The notes beneath the pieces were generated by a model. That model had not been told where the DNA came from. It worked only from the letters and a program-made list of their open reading frames with translations, and ran no database searches. This document shows, piece by piece, positions 10,327-20,064 of a stretch of DNA of 46,776 bases. A program made the translations under genes and the position numbers. The stretch lies in the NCBI GenBank assembly GCA_046581755.1, contig JAYGFR010000191.1:1-46776 (forward strand), in the 5' to 3' direction. Each line of letters begins with the position of its first letter. The first letter of the stretch is position 1. The stretch is from Nitrospinota bacterium (GTDB taxonomy: Bacteria; UBA8248).

Positions 10327-11244
10327 ATGGCAGGGAATCCGGGTGTCGGTGAGGTCGATGCAGCCGCTTACATGAAACACTGGGCCAGCCGCGTGGATGA
10401 TGCGCTGAATCGCTTCGTTCCAGATGGGGGAGGGGAACCGCCCGAGGTGTTCCGGATTATGCGCTACAGTCTTTTTGCGGGCGGCAAGCGGCTCCGGCCG
10501 GTGTTGTGCGTCGCGGGCTGCGAGGCCGTGGGAGGCGATCCCGGCGCTGCGCTTCCGGCAGCCTGCGCCCTTGAGTGCATTCACACCTACTCGCTGATCC
10601 ACGACGATCTGCCCGCCATGGACGACGACGACCTCCGGCGGGGAAAACCCACCAGCCACATGGTGTTCGGCGAGGCTGCCGCTATTTTGGGGGGGGATGG
10701 CCTCTTGACACTGGCATTCGAACTCATGGCCGATGAGGAGATGGCATCCGCTGCCGGGCCGGATCGGGTTTTGGGCGCGTCCCGCCTGCTGGCCGAGGCA
10801 GCCGGAGCATCGGGAATGGTCGGGGGGCAGCTTCTCGATATTCGCGCGGGAGGAGAGCCGGGAGGCACTGCTGGACTCGAGGAAATTCACCGCCGCAAGA
10901 CCGGCGCCATGATTCGTGCTTCGGTGATGATGGGAGGCCTGCTGGGCGGTGGGGCTCCGAAACAATTGGCCTGCCTGGCCCTCTATGGAGCCAAGGCCGG
11001 GCTTGCCTTCCAGATCGTGGACGATATCCTGGATGTGGAAGGGGACCCCGAATTGATGGGAAAATCAACGGGGGTAGATGCCGCCCTGGACAAAGTCACT
11101 TATCCCGCCCTTTATGGCCTGGATGCGTCCAGGGAAATGGCTAGGCGGACGGTGGATGAGGCTATCGATGCCTTGTCCGGTTTCCCGGAAGGGGCTCCAG
11201 CGCTGGCCTCGCTGGCCCAATTTATAGTATTGCGGAGATTCTGA
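10327..11244 (+). CDS. ispA: Farnesyl/geranylgeranyl diphosphate synthase
   Basis: GGKRLRP, LIHDDLPAMDDDDLRRGKPT, FQIVDDILD. Confidence 0.92.
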   Translation: MAGNPGVGEVDAAAYMKHWASRVDDALNRFVPDGGGEPPEVFRIMRYSLFAGGKRLRPVLCVAGCEAVGGDPGAALPAACALECIHTYSLIHDDLPAMDDDDLRRGKPTSHMVFGEAAAILGGDGLLTLAFELMADEEMASAAGPDRVLGASRLLAEAAGASGMVGGQLLDIRAGGEPGGTAGLEEIHRRKTGAMIRASVMMGGLLGGGAPKQLACLALYGAKAGLAFQIVDDILDVEGDPELMGKSTGVDAALDKVTYPALYGLDASREMARRTVDEAIDALSGFPEGAPALASLAQFIVLRRF

Positions 11245-11372
11245 ACATCCTCTAGCATGGGTGTCCGGACGCGGAAGATGGGTCATCTCATGGCTTTGTC
11301 GCTCCCATAGGCAGCATGGACGCCGCCTCATTGTTAAGATGAGCAGGGAAGAATCACCTTCGGCAGAGGAAA

Positions 11373-13298
11373 ATGATGGGCGAATTGCTCGACCGAATTG
11401 ACAATCCGGACGACCTGAAAAAACTGAGCGAGGAAGAACTCCCTCAGGTCGTCAGCGAGATTCGTGACATGATCATCGATGTGACCTCCAAAACCGGGGG
11501 CCACCTGGGTGCCTCAATGGGCGCCGCCGAGCTGGTCGTCGCGCTTCATTATCTCTACGATACCCCCCGCGACAAGCTGATCTGGGACGTGGGCCATCAG
11601 GCCTACGGGCATAAAATTCTTACGGGGAGGCGGGATCGCTTTCATACGTTGCGCCAGTGGGGCGGCATCGCCGGGTTCCCGGATCGGCGGGAGAGCAAGT
11701 ACGACCACCTCAACGTCGCTCACGGCGGGACGTCGATATCGGCCGCGCTGGGAATGGCGGCCGCGCGCGATCTTCAGGGGGATGATTACCGCGTCGTCGC
11801 CATCATCGGAGACGGTAGCCTCACGGCGGGCATGGCCATGGAAGGGCTCAACAACGGGGGCCACATGGACCGCGACATCACCGTCATTCTGAACGATAAC
11901 AAGATGGGCATCTCGAAGAACGTCGGGGCCATGTGCTCATACCTTTCGCGCATCATGACGGGCGAGTGGGCCAACCGGGCGCGTAAGGTGCGCGACGAAT
12001 TGCAAAAACTCCTCACCCAGGTTCCCATCGTGGGCGAGACGGCGGTGGCCCTGATGGACCGGGTCGAGGATTCGGTCAAGAACTTCATTGTGCCGGGGAT
12101 GCTGTTCGAAGAATTGGGGTTCCGCTACATCGGCCCGGTGGACGGCCACCGCATCGATCTCCTCTTGCCCACCCTTCGAAACGTCATGAAGATGAAGGGT
12201 CCCAACCTGGTCCACGTCATTACCCAGAAGGGCTACGGGTACCCCTACAGCGAAAAAGAGCCCATCACCTACCACGGGGTGACGAAGTTCGACCCCGAGA
12301 CCGGCGCGTTCGGGAAGAAAGCCCCCGGCCCGCCGGGCTACTCGAAAGTCTTCGTCGAAACCTTGGCCAAGCTGAGCCGGCGGGACGAGAAGATCGTAGC
12401 CATCTCGGCGGCCATGCTCGAGGGAACGGCGCTGGTGAACTACCAGAAGGAGTTTGCGGATCGCTGCTTTGATGTGGGGATGTGCGAGCAGCACGCCGTT
12501 ACCTTCGCGGCCGGACTCGCCCTTCGCGGGATGAAGCCGGTCGCCGCCATCTACAGCACCTTCCTCCAGCGGGCTTACGATCAGATCATCCATGACGTCT
12601 GCCTGACGAACGTGCCCGTCACCTTCGCGCTGGATCGCTCGGGCCTGGTCGGCGACGACGGGCCCACGCACCAGGGCGCGTTCGACATCGCCTATCTCAG
12701 GTGTCTGCCGAATATGGTCGTCATGTCCCCCAAGGACGAAAACGAGCTTCAGCGTATGACGCTCACCGCCATCGAGTATCCGGGGCCCGCCGCCGTGCGC
12801 TTCCCGCGCGGATCAGGCGAGGGCGTGCCCATGGATGAGGAAATTGAGCCGCTTCCCATCGGGAAGGCAGAACTCGTCCGCGAGGGAGAGGATGTGGCCC
12901 TCATTGCGCTGGGGCCGATGGTGGGTCTTTCGATGGAATCGGCCGAGCAACTCGCTGAACTTCGGATTCAAGCCGCTGTCCTGAACTTGCGCTTCGTCAA
13001 GCCCCTGGACGGGGACATAGTGGCCGACCTCGCCCGCCGCTGCGGGCGCATCGTCACAATCGAGGAGGGCACCCGCATGGGCGGGATGGGTTCGGCCATT
13101 CTCGAGTTTCTGGCCGAGCGGGGGATCACCGGGGTGCCGGTGACGCGCCTGGGGTTCCCGGACCGATTCATCGAGCACGGCTCTCCCCAGCTTCAGCGCG
13201 AGGACGCTGGCCTCACCCCCGGCGACATAACGCAGGCCGCGCGCGATCTCATCGAGGGCCGCACCAAGGAAGCCTCCTCCGACTCAGAGCATGCCTAA
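11373..13298 (+). CDS. dxs: 1-deoxy-D-xylulose-5-phosphate synthase
   Basis: GGHLGA, WDVGHQAY, GDGSLTAG...ILNDN, YSTFLQRAYDQ, DGPTHQG. Confidence 0.97.
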   Translation: MMGELLDRIDNPDDLKKLSEEELPQVVSEIRDMIIDVTSKTGGHLGASMGAAELVVALHYLYDTPRDKLIWDVGHQAYGHKILTGRRDRFHTLRQWGGIAGFPDRRESKYDHLNVAHGGTSISAALGMAAARDLQGDDYRVVAIIGDGSLTAGMAMEGLNNGGHMDRDITVILNDNKMGISKNVGAMCSYLSRIMTGEWANRARKVRDELQKLLTQVPIVGETAVALMDRVEDSVKNFIVPGMLFEELGFRYIGPVDGHRIDLLLPTLRNVMKMKGPNLVHVITQKGYGYPYSEKEPITYHGVTKFDPETGAFGKKAPGPPGYSKVFVETLAKLSRRDEKIVAISAAMLEGTALVNYQKEFADRCFDVGMCEQHAVTFAAGLALRGMKPVAAIYSTFLQRAYDQIIHDVCLTNVPVTFALDRSGLVGDDGPTHQGAFDIAYLRCLPNMVVMSPKDENELQRMTLTAIEYPGPAAVRFPRGSGEGVPMDEEIEPLPIGKAELVREGEDVALIALGPMVGLSMESAEQLAELRIQAAVLNLRFVKPLDGDIVADLARRCGRIVTIEEGTRMGGMGSAILEFLAERGITGVPVTRLGFPDRFIEHGSPQLQREDAGLTPGDITQAARDLIEGRTKEASSDSEHA

Positions 13299-14097
13299 GG
13301 GCCGGCGCCTGGATCTTCTGCTCGTCGAACGGGGCCTGGCCCCGAGCCGCGAGCGGGCCAGGAGCCTCATCCTCGCCGGCCGCGTCACCGTGAAGAAAGT
13401 CCTGGCCGACAAGGCCGGAAGCGCCTATCCCACCGAAGCCGAAATCATCGTTGCCGAAGACCCCTGCCCCTACGTCAGCCGGGGCGGGCTCAAGCTCTCC
13501 GCCGCCCTCGATGCCTTTGGCGTATCGCCCGAAGGCCGCATCTGCCTCGACGTGGGCGCATCCACGGGCGGATTTACGGATGTCATGCTCCAGCGCGGTG
13601 CGCGGCGCGCCGTTTGCGTCGATGTCGGCAAGGGCCAGCTCGACTGGACGCTCCGGAAGGATCCGCGCGTCACGGTGTTAGAGGGCATCAATGCCCGCCA
13701 CCTGACGCCCGATGAATTCACCCGCGCCGCCGGAGACGATCTCCCCGATCTTGCCACACTCGATCTTTCCTTCATCTCCGCCACGAAAGTCCTTCCCGCC
13801 GTCGGCGCTCTCCTGGCCGAGGATTCGGAGATCATCCTCCTCGCCAAGCCCCAGTTCGAAGCCGGAAAAGGCCAAATCGGCAAGGGCGGCATCGTACGCG
13901 ACCCGGCCGTGCACCGAACGGTCCTCGAAACCCTCTGGGCCTGGGCCGCCGGGAACGCATTCAGCCCCCAGGCCGCCTGCGCCAGCCCGATTCGGGGCGC
14001 CAAGGGCAATCGGGAGTTCTTCCTGTATCTCAGACCGGGTGCAGAGACGGGGGAGATGGAGGCGCAGATAGAGAGGGCGTTGGAGGAGCGCCGCTAG
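13291..14097 (+). CDS. tlyA: TlyA-family rRNA 2'-O-methyltransferase
   Basis: S4 domain RLDLLLVERGL, YVSRGGLKL, LDVGASTGGFTD, KPQFE, SPIRGAKGNREF. Confidence 0.94.
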   Translation: MPKGRRLDLLLVERGLAPSRERARSLILAGRVTVKKVLADKAGSAYPTEAEIIVAEDPCPYVSRGGLKLSAALDAFGVSPEGRICLDVGASTGGFTDVMLQRGARRAVCVDVGKGQLDWTLRKDPRVTVLEGINARHLTPDEFTRAAGDDLPDLATLDLSFISATKVLPAVGALLAEDSEIILLAKPQFEAGKGQIGKGGIVRDPAVHRTVLETLWAWAAGNAFSPQAACASPIRGAKGNREFFLYLRPGAETGEMEAQIERALEERR

Positions 14098-14120
14098 CCG
14101 CGGGATCCAAACACGTCGCT

Positions 14121-14368
14121 CCGGCCGCCCCCGGCGAATACATAGGTCAAACCATCCGCGGCAAACTCCCGAAAACGCCCGAAACCGGACCCCTCCGGCG
14201 AAAAGGCCAATCCAAATTTCCGCGTAACCCCGATTCCCTGAAACCGCCCTTCTCTAAACACCACTCCCCCTCTCGCCGGCGGAACCTCCACCAGCGCGAT
14301 GAATATAGGTGTGATCGCTGAAATGACCACTTCCGAAAATGCGCGGAGATTCGAGGTCCCGCTCCCGG
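14121..14368. repeat. Dispersed ~245-bp non-coding repeat, copy B (inverted relative to copy A)
   Basis: Reverse complement matches 4851-5092; lies between convergent tlyA and the comB-like gene. Confidence 0.85.
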
Positions 14369-14405
14369 TTTCAACCCGGCGCGGCCCCCCCTATTTAGAA
14401 TTCCT

Positions 14406-15188
14406 CTACCCAATCACCCCGCCCTTCATCTCCGGCACGACCTTGGTCCAATCCCGCTTTGCGCAAAATTCGATGTCGGGGCCGAGACCGAGGCTCGCCA
14501 GGTGTTTTCCCCAGGTGCAGTTCCGGAGCATTTCGGCGACATCCCGGACGGCGTATTCGGCGGTGTGAACCGCGGCGCGGGAGCTGTCGGAGAGTTCGAT
14601 TTTTCCAAGATGGCGGCGGACCTTGGCGACGATCAGGCCCGCGGCGGCGGCGTCTTCTTCACAGTAGCCCCCCTCCCGGCCCGAGCAGGCGATGAGGATG
14701 GCGGGGCTCTCCTGTCTTTCGGCCTCCTCGGCAATCCTTTGCGCCACCGCCTCCAGGTTCGCGAAGGCCGCGATGAACACTCTCCCGCATTCGCCGGCAG
14801 CAGCGAGAGTCTTGGTTCCGTTGCTGGTGGAAAGGACGAGACGCCGCCCGCCGATCCGGTCGCGGGTGTATTCGAGGGGCGAGTTCCCGCCGTCGAAACC
14901 CGGGATGGGCTTGGCGTCCTGCTCTCCGCCGAGGAGGACATTGGCCTCCCCGTGCTCCTGGCGAAGGGCGGTTGCCGTATCGAGCGCCGCCCCGGGCGAG
15001 GGGCGGGGATGGACAGCCAGGCAGCCGTTGCCGAGCGCGGCCACGATGGTGGAGGTGGCGCGGAGGATGTCGATGAGGCCGCAGACGATATCTCCCGGGG
15101 CGGCCCCGCGCGAACGGCGGGCGTCCTCGATGCGCAGGGGAACTTCGAGGTGGCTGAAGGCGGTATCCACCCATGGCGGATTTTTCAT
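14406..15188 (-). CDS. comB: 2-phosphosulfolactate phosphatase family protein
   Basis: IDILRATSTI, LLGGE, GNSPLEY, STSNGT, CSGREG...ED motifs. Confidence 0.88.
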   Translation of the reverse strand: MKNPPWVDTAFSHLEVPLRIEDARRSRGAAPGDIVCGLIDILRATSTIVAALGNGCLAVHPRPSPGAALDTATALRQEHGEANVLLGGEQDAKPIPGFDGGNSPLEYTRDRIGGRRLVLSTSNGTKTLAAAGECGRVFIAAFANLEAVAQRIAEEAERQESPAILIACSGREGGYCEEDAAAAGLIVAKVRRHLGKIELSDSSRAAVHTAEYAVRDVAEMLRNCTWGKHLASLGLGPDIEFCAKRDWTKVVPEMKGGVIG

Positions 15189-15225
15189 TCGGTGCGCTCC
15201 CGTGTCTTTTTGCGGGCATGAAGAG

Positions 15226-15768
15226 TCATGGCCGCTCGATATCGAGGAGCCATCGCTTCATTTCGAGGCTCCCCGTGTAGCCGCGCAGGCCGCCCCCGGC
15301 GGCGGTTAAGCGGTGACAGGGGATGAGGGGCGGAATCGGATTGGAGGCCGACGCCGCGCCCACCGCGCGGGCGGCGAGAGGGTTTCCGATCTTGCGGGCG
15401 ATTTCCCGGTAGGTGCGTGTTTCGCCCCGTGGGATTTTGGAGATTTCCCTCCAGACGCTTTTCTGAAATGGCGTTCCGGGAGGCGGGTCCACGGAGACGG
15501 GAAGCGCATGGCACTGCCCCCGGATTAGAAGCGCTTCGAGCCAGTCCCGGATGGGAGCCAGGACCGGATCGTTTCCGTCCGCCCGCGCCAGTGCCTGGCA
15601 GGGCAGCCCGCGGGCCGCGAGAAGCCGGGTGAGTCCCGATCGGCCCCCCAAAAGGGCGAGGGCGCAGATACTCCCCCCGGCGGCAGCCATGGCCGCTTTA
15701 CCCCAGCGGTGGGAGAGCGTCATGTAGCGAAAGCCGGGGGCGGGTCTCCGGGCACCGGGTGTGTCCAA
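15226..15768 (-). CDS. ogt: Methylated-DNA--protein-cysteine methyltransferase
   Basis: GTPFQKSVW, IPRGETRTY, ARAVG, IPCHR active site. Start uncertain (alternative ATG at 15723). Confidence 0.9.
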   Translation of the reverse strand: MDTPGARRPAPGFRYMTLSHRWGKAAMAAAGGSICALALLGGRSGLTRLLAARGLPCQALARADGNDPVLAPIRDWLEALLIRGQCHALPVSVDPPPGTPFQKSVWREISKIPRGETRTYREIARKIGNPLAARAVGAASASNPIPPLIPCHRLTAAGGGLRGYTGSLEMKRWLLDIERP

Positions 15769-15906
15769 GGGTCTGCCTCTTCTGGGAGGGTGATTCGCCG
15801 GGCCAAAAACGCTATCTTGACAGGGTACTTCTCATCAACCGATGATGCACGCCGCTTCGAGGGTAGTTAGGTCAAAATAATTCAAGGAATTGGGAAGAGG
15901 AACACC

Positions 15907-17637
15907 GTGGCGAAAAAAGTGAAGAAAAAAAATCCGAAAAAAAATATTTCCCCACAAGATTTGAAACATGCCCGTGCGATTGCGGCGGGTCTTGAGGCAT
16001 CTTTCACCGAGCCCGCCCCCCCGGGGGCGATGGCGCCGGCGCCTCTGCTCGATGAGATCCGGGAGATGGGCGGGGCCGGTATCGCGGGGATGCTCGAGCA
16101 TCTGGCCTCCACCCCTCCCGAAGGCCGCGTCGCGTCGCTTCGCTCGTTCCGCGAATTGGGAGATGCCGCCGCCGTTCCCGGTCTCCTAGAGCGCGTCCGG
16201 GGGCTCCGGTGGACGCCGGATGGATTGATGGCGCTGGGCGAGACTATCCGGGCGCTGGATCCGGGTGCGGAGCTTCCCGCGGAGCTTGATGGGGAGGCCC
16301 TCGGCCGCGCCAGAAAAATCGCCGGCGAGCTGGCCGCCGATGATCTCTCTACCGAGGCGGCCGCATCGATGAGCGAGATATTCGAGTCCCTTCCGGCCCG
16401 TCTTCAGGAGGTGGCGTTCCGGGATGTGTTCTCGGCCGAAGGCAGTGATGCGGATAAAGGCCGCCGAACCCGGGCGATGCTGACCCTGGCCGAGGCGTTT
16501 TCCTCGCGCGGCGCGGCCCCCCCGGTGGGCCTCATCGATGGGCTGGCCTCCCTGGCCACCGCCGATGCCGCCGAGGCGCTTGCCCATCTGGCGGATTCGG
16601 TCACGGAAAAAGGAGCGGGCTCGCGGATACGCAAGGCCCTCTACCGGCTGCGCGGCAAGGGCGTTGTCCCCATCTCCAAGGAGGCCGCCGGGACCGAGAG
16701 AAAGAGCGTCCAAGCCGGGCCGCAGGGTCCCGATTTCGTGCGGACGATCATCAGTTCGGTGGACGGCAGCGGGAACCTCATGTTGTGGCTGGCCCGATCT
16801 CGCCAGCCGCGCGGGCGCTCGCTGTTTCAGGCTCGCATCCGGCATGGCCGAGGGATTGAGGAGTTCGTCTCGACCGATGTGTCCTCCAAGGAACTCCGCG
16901 AATTTTTCGGGAAACTGACCCAGGATTCGAGGGTTCCCACGGCAGAGGTCCCGGCAGGTTATGCCTTCTGGCTCCTCCAGCGAGGACAGCAGGAGAACGA
17001 GACCGAGGGGGGAGCCGCACTGCCTCCCGGTTTCACGCACTCGAACCTCCTGCTGGCGCCCCTGGCGGACCCCGAAGGGTTTCCGTTTCCGGGCGGCCAT
17101 CCGGTTCGCCGCGAAATCGAGCCGATCTCCGAGGGAGGGGAAAGAATCGAGACGAAGGAGTTGTTCGCCAACCCCGTTTTTTGGTCCTGGGTGCTCGAGG
17201 AGGGGCTGCTCCTTCCGCATTTTCAGAAATGCGTCGATGCCCTCCAAAGTCAGGTGGCGGTGGACGATGAGCAGCGGCGGGGGCTCTTCGATAAAGCGGT
17301 GGAGGACGCGGCGGGCGAGTTGTACGAAAACGCCGATCTCCGCCGCCGCCTCGGTCTCCAGCTCGAGGACAATGCCTATCTCTTCCATTGCAACGGAGAG
17401 ACCGGCCATGCCCGCGAGTGCCTGACGCTGGCGGATGAGCTGAAAGAGGAGGGGCCTCAGCCCGAATTTTTCACCGAGGTGGTCCGCTACTCCATCAGCA
17501 TCATGCTGGACCGGGCGATCCGGCAAAGTCAGGAGGCGCACGCCCGTGAGGGTGGGCATGACCACGAGCATGATCACGGGGAGGCGGCCTCCCAGGGCGG
17601 AAGCGAGGAGGAGTCTCCCGTCATCATCTCTCCCTGA
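15907..17637 (+). CDS. Hypothetical protein, helical/HEAT-like N-terminal half, His/acidic C-terminal tail
   Basis: 576-aa ORF with GAGGA RBS and GTG start; RKALYRLRGKG helix followed by an SSVDGSG beta domain. Confidence 0.75.
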   Translation: MAKKVKKKNPKKNISPQDLKHARAIAAGLEASFTEPAPPGAMAPAPLLDEIREMGGAGIAGMLEHLASTPPEGRVASLRSFRELGDAAAVPGLLERVRGLRWTPDGLMALGETIRALDPGAELPAELDGEALGRARKIAGELAADDLSTEAAASMSEIFESLPARLQEVAFRDVFSAEGSDADKGRRTRAMLTLAEAFSSRGAAPPVGLIDGLASLATADAAEALAHLADSVTEKGAGSRIRKALYRLRGKGVVPISKEAAGTERKSVQAGPQGPDFVRTIISSVDGSGNLMLWLARSRQPRGRSLFQARIRHGRGIEEFVSTDVSSKELREFFGKLTQDSRVPTAEVPAGYAFWLLQRGQQENETEGGAALPPGFTHSNLLLAPLADPEGFPFPGGHPVRREIEPISEGGERIETKELFANPVFWSWVLEEGLLLPHFQKCVDALQSQVAVDDEQRRGLFDKAVEDAAGELYENADLRRRLGLQLEDNAYLFHCNGETGHARECLTLADELKEEGPQPEFFTEVVRYSISIMLDRAIRQSQEAHAREGGHDHEHDHGEAASQGGSEEESPVIISP

Positions 17638-17667
17638 TTATTATCCGGTTCGGAAAAGGAGAAACCG

Positions 17668-18075
17668 ATGGATTTTCAATTCGACCACGTTCACCTTGTT
17701 TGCCGCGATGTGGGCGAGATGACCGAATTTTTCGAACGGGTATTCGGGGCCGAGCGCATCTCGTACAACGAAGACTTCAAGGGCGCCCCCAGCGCGGTGA
17801 TTCGTCTGGGAAAAATGCGGGTGTTCGTGCGCGGGATCCGGGGAGATGAAGCGCCCGACGCCGTCGCTCCTGTCCGGGTGCAGGGGCTCGATCATTTCGG
17901 AATTGGAGTGGAGGACGTCGAGGAGGCCGCCAAGTGGCTCAAGGCGCGGGGCGCCGAATTTTCCGTCGAGCCCACTCCGAGGGGCATGGGCGGGCGGATG
18001 ATCGCCTACGTCCTGGGGCCTGAAAATATCGACATTGAGATCGTGGGGCCGTACGTCGGGTTTGGAGACAAGTAA
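17668..18075 (+). CDS. VOC/glyoxalase family protein
   Basis: FDHVHL, LDHFGIGVEDVEE, AYVLGPENIDIEIV; AGGAG RBS. Confidence 0.9.
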   Translation: MDFQFDHVHLVCRDVGEMTEFFERVFGAERISYNEDFKGAPSAVIRLGKMRVFVRGIRGDEAPDAVAPVRVQGLDHFGIGVEDVEEAAKWLKARGAEFSVEPTPRGMGGRMIAYVLGPENIDIEIVGPYVGFGDK

Positions 18076-18101
18076 GCAGTACAAAAAACGATAAAATATA
18101 T

Positions 18102-18131
18102 AAAAAAGGGCGCCGCGTGCGCTCTTTTTTT
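18102..18131. terminator. Probable bidirectional intrinsic terminator
   Basis: aaaaaa-gggcgc-cgcgt-gcgctc-tttttt hairpin between convergent genes. Confidence 0.6.
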
Positions 18132-18137
18132 ATGCCG

Positions 18138-19034
18138 CTAGCGGAAGGCCATTATCAGCGCGCCCCCCATGACGACGAAAAGGGTCCCGACAACCATCCT
18201 CCGGGTGATCGCCTCCAGTTTTCCCAGGAAAAAATAGCTGAGGATGAGGATCAGGATGGGAGCGGTCCGGCTCAAGGGCATCGTCGTCGATACGTTTCCG
18301 ACCATGATGGCGGTCCACAAAAGGAAGGAGCTTCCCGCGCTGAACAGCCCGGCGGCGAAAATCCAGAGGATTCCGGCCTGATCGATGGAGACTTCTCCCC
18401 TGCCGGGAAGGAGGGGCCTGGCCAGAAGAAGGAAAACGTTTGCCACAAAAAATGCCACCGCGATGCCGACCTCGGGTGTTTGTTGGTAAACATACGCGAA
18501 TTTGGAAAAAATGGGGGGCAGGGCGTAGGCGACCGAAGCCGTGAGGGGAAAGATCAGCGCTCCCTGAAACCAGGATTTGAAGGTCTGCGATGGGTCCTCC
18601 CGTAGGCTCAGGACCGATACTCCCAAAACGATGCCGAATGTTCCGAATACGACCCATCCGGAGGGGGTTTCGCCCAGGATGGCTACGGCGATCAGCGTGC
18701 TCCAAAGGGGTGTGCTCGAGGTGATGGTGACGGATCGGCTGAGTCCCATCCGGGGAATGCTGGTGAGGTAAGAGATTCGGCCGATGCCCGGCCCGGTCAA
18801 GCCAACCGCCATGAACCAAAGGATGGGTGCCAGGGAGGAAGTAAACAAGGTTCCTTTGTAGATGGAGACGGCGAGGCCGGACAGGCTCACCACCCCGTTG
18901 ATGATGAACGCCGCGGCGATCGGCGAGGCGGTCCGCATTCCCAGGCGGATCAGTATCTGGGAGGTGGCGAAGGTAAATGCGGAGCAAATGGCCAGAAGTT
19001 CGCCGATGCCAATGGAGGAAATCAGGTCAGTCAA
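18138..19034 (-). CDS. DMT/EamA family transporter
   Basis: 298 aa with about 10 hydrophobic segments; TPLWSTLIAVAILGE and APILILILSYFFLG repeats. Confidence 0.88.
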   Translation of the reverse strand: MTDLISSIGIGELLAICSAFTFATSQILIRLGMRTASPIAAAFIINGVVSLSGLAVSIYKGTLFTSSLAPILWFMAVGLTGPGIGRISYLTSIPRMGLSRSVTITSSTPLWSTLIAVAILGETPSGWVVFGTFGIVLGVSVLSLREDPSQTFKSWFQGALIFPLTASVAYALPPIFSKFAYVYQQTPEVGIAVAFFVANVFLLLARPLLPGRGEVSIDQAGILWIFAAGLFSAGSSFLLWTAIMVGNVSTTMPLSRTAPILILILSYFFLGKLEAITRRMVVGTLFVVMGGALIMAFR

Positions 19035-19797
19035 TTTTCCTCGCCTTTGGCCCGGCCGCTCGGGTGGATTCTCTTTTGGACGGGGGCTTCGTGGAAGTCT
19101 GGCTTCTCAGGGCGCGGTAATAGGGGCACATGCGCCTGAAGGGGCATTGGCCGCACAGGGGGCTGCGCGCCATGCAAATAGTCCGGCCGAGGGCGAGCAT
19201 GTTCATATGAAGCTCAAACGCCCGGCCTTTCGGAATGTGGGGCCCCAACACGCCATGCGCCTTCAGGGGGGATGTTTTCTCGCCGATGAGGCCCAGCCGC
19301 TTTGCGATCCGGTGAATATGGACGTCCACCGCGAACAGGTCCCGCCCGGCGGCCCACATGAGGGTGACGTAGGCGGTTTTGACGCCGATGCCGCTCTGGG
19401 CGGTCAGGAGATCGACGGCCTCGGCATCGGTCTTCTCGTGCAGGAACTCAAGCGAAAGCGCGCCGCGCTCTTTTCGCAGCCAAAGGAGAAGAGCGCGGAT
19501 GCTCCGGGCCTTTTGGTTGCCCAGCCCCGCCGATCGAACCGCGCGGGCGAGGGCGCTTTGAGTGGCGTCCGCGGCGTTCTCCCAGGAAGGGTATTGTTTT
19601 TTCAACTCCGCGAAGGCGAGGTCGCGGTTGTGGTCGGTCGTTCCCTGGGAGAGGAGGGTCTGGATGAGGGCGTCGAGAATACTCTTCCGACGGGGACGTT
19701 TAGGAGCGCCGAAGCGCTCGCGCAATCCGTCCGCGAGACGAAGGAGTTTCCGCTTGAGATCCTTGGGTGTTGGGCCGCTTCGGGGCATGTCTTCCAT
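19027..19797 (-). CDS. Endonuclease III-like HhH-GPD DNA glycosylase
   Basis: LIQTLLSQGTTD, HhH SGIGVKTA, AVDVHIHR, and the 4Fe-4S motif CMARSPLCGQCPFRRMC. Confidence 0.9.
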   Translation of the reverse strand: MEDMPRSGPTPKDLKRKLLRLADGLRERFGAPKRPRRKSILDALIQTLLSQGTTDHNRDLAFAELKKQYPSWENAADATQSALARAVRSAGLGNQKARSIRALLLWLRKERGALSLEFLHEKTDAEAVDLLTAQSGIGVKTAYVTLMWAAGRDLFAVDVHIHRIAKRLGLIGEKTSPLKAHGVLGPHIPKGRAFELHMNMLALGRTICMARSPLCGQCPFRRMCPYYRALRSQTSTKPPSKRESTRAAGPKARKID

Positions 19798-20064
19798 TCT
19801 CGTTAAAGGCTCCGGGCGAGCCTGCCTGCCGGTGCGGTTGCTCCACGGGGCAAAACGGGAAAATAGGCGCGATCGCTGTGCGGGGCAAGACGGAAAGGGA
19901 TATATCGCGCAGCCATGGATAAGAGATTGAAAATATTTCAGATATTTCCTCAGATATTTCCTTCGTCCACCAGCGCGGTCAGGGATTTCCTCGACTGAGG
20001 GAGTCCGTGCCCGGACTGGCTGGAAAAATGATTTCAAGGATAATTCAGAAAATCTAAGCGTGTA

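Noticed and set aside
19931..19964. Short atatttc triplet repeat upstream of the nth-like gene
   Set aside because: Short, low-complexity and irregularly spaced; insufficient support for a function.
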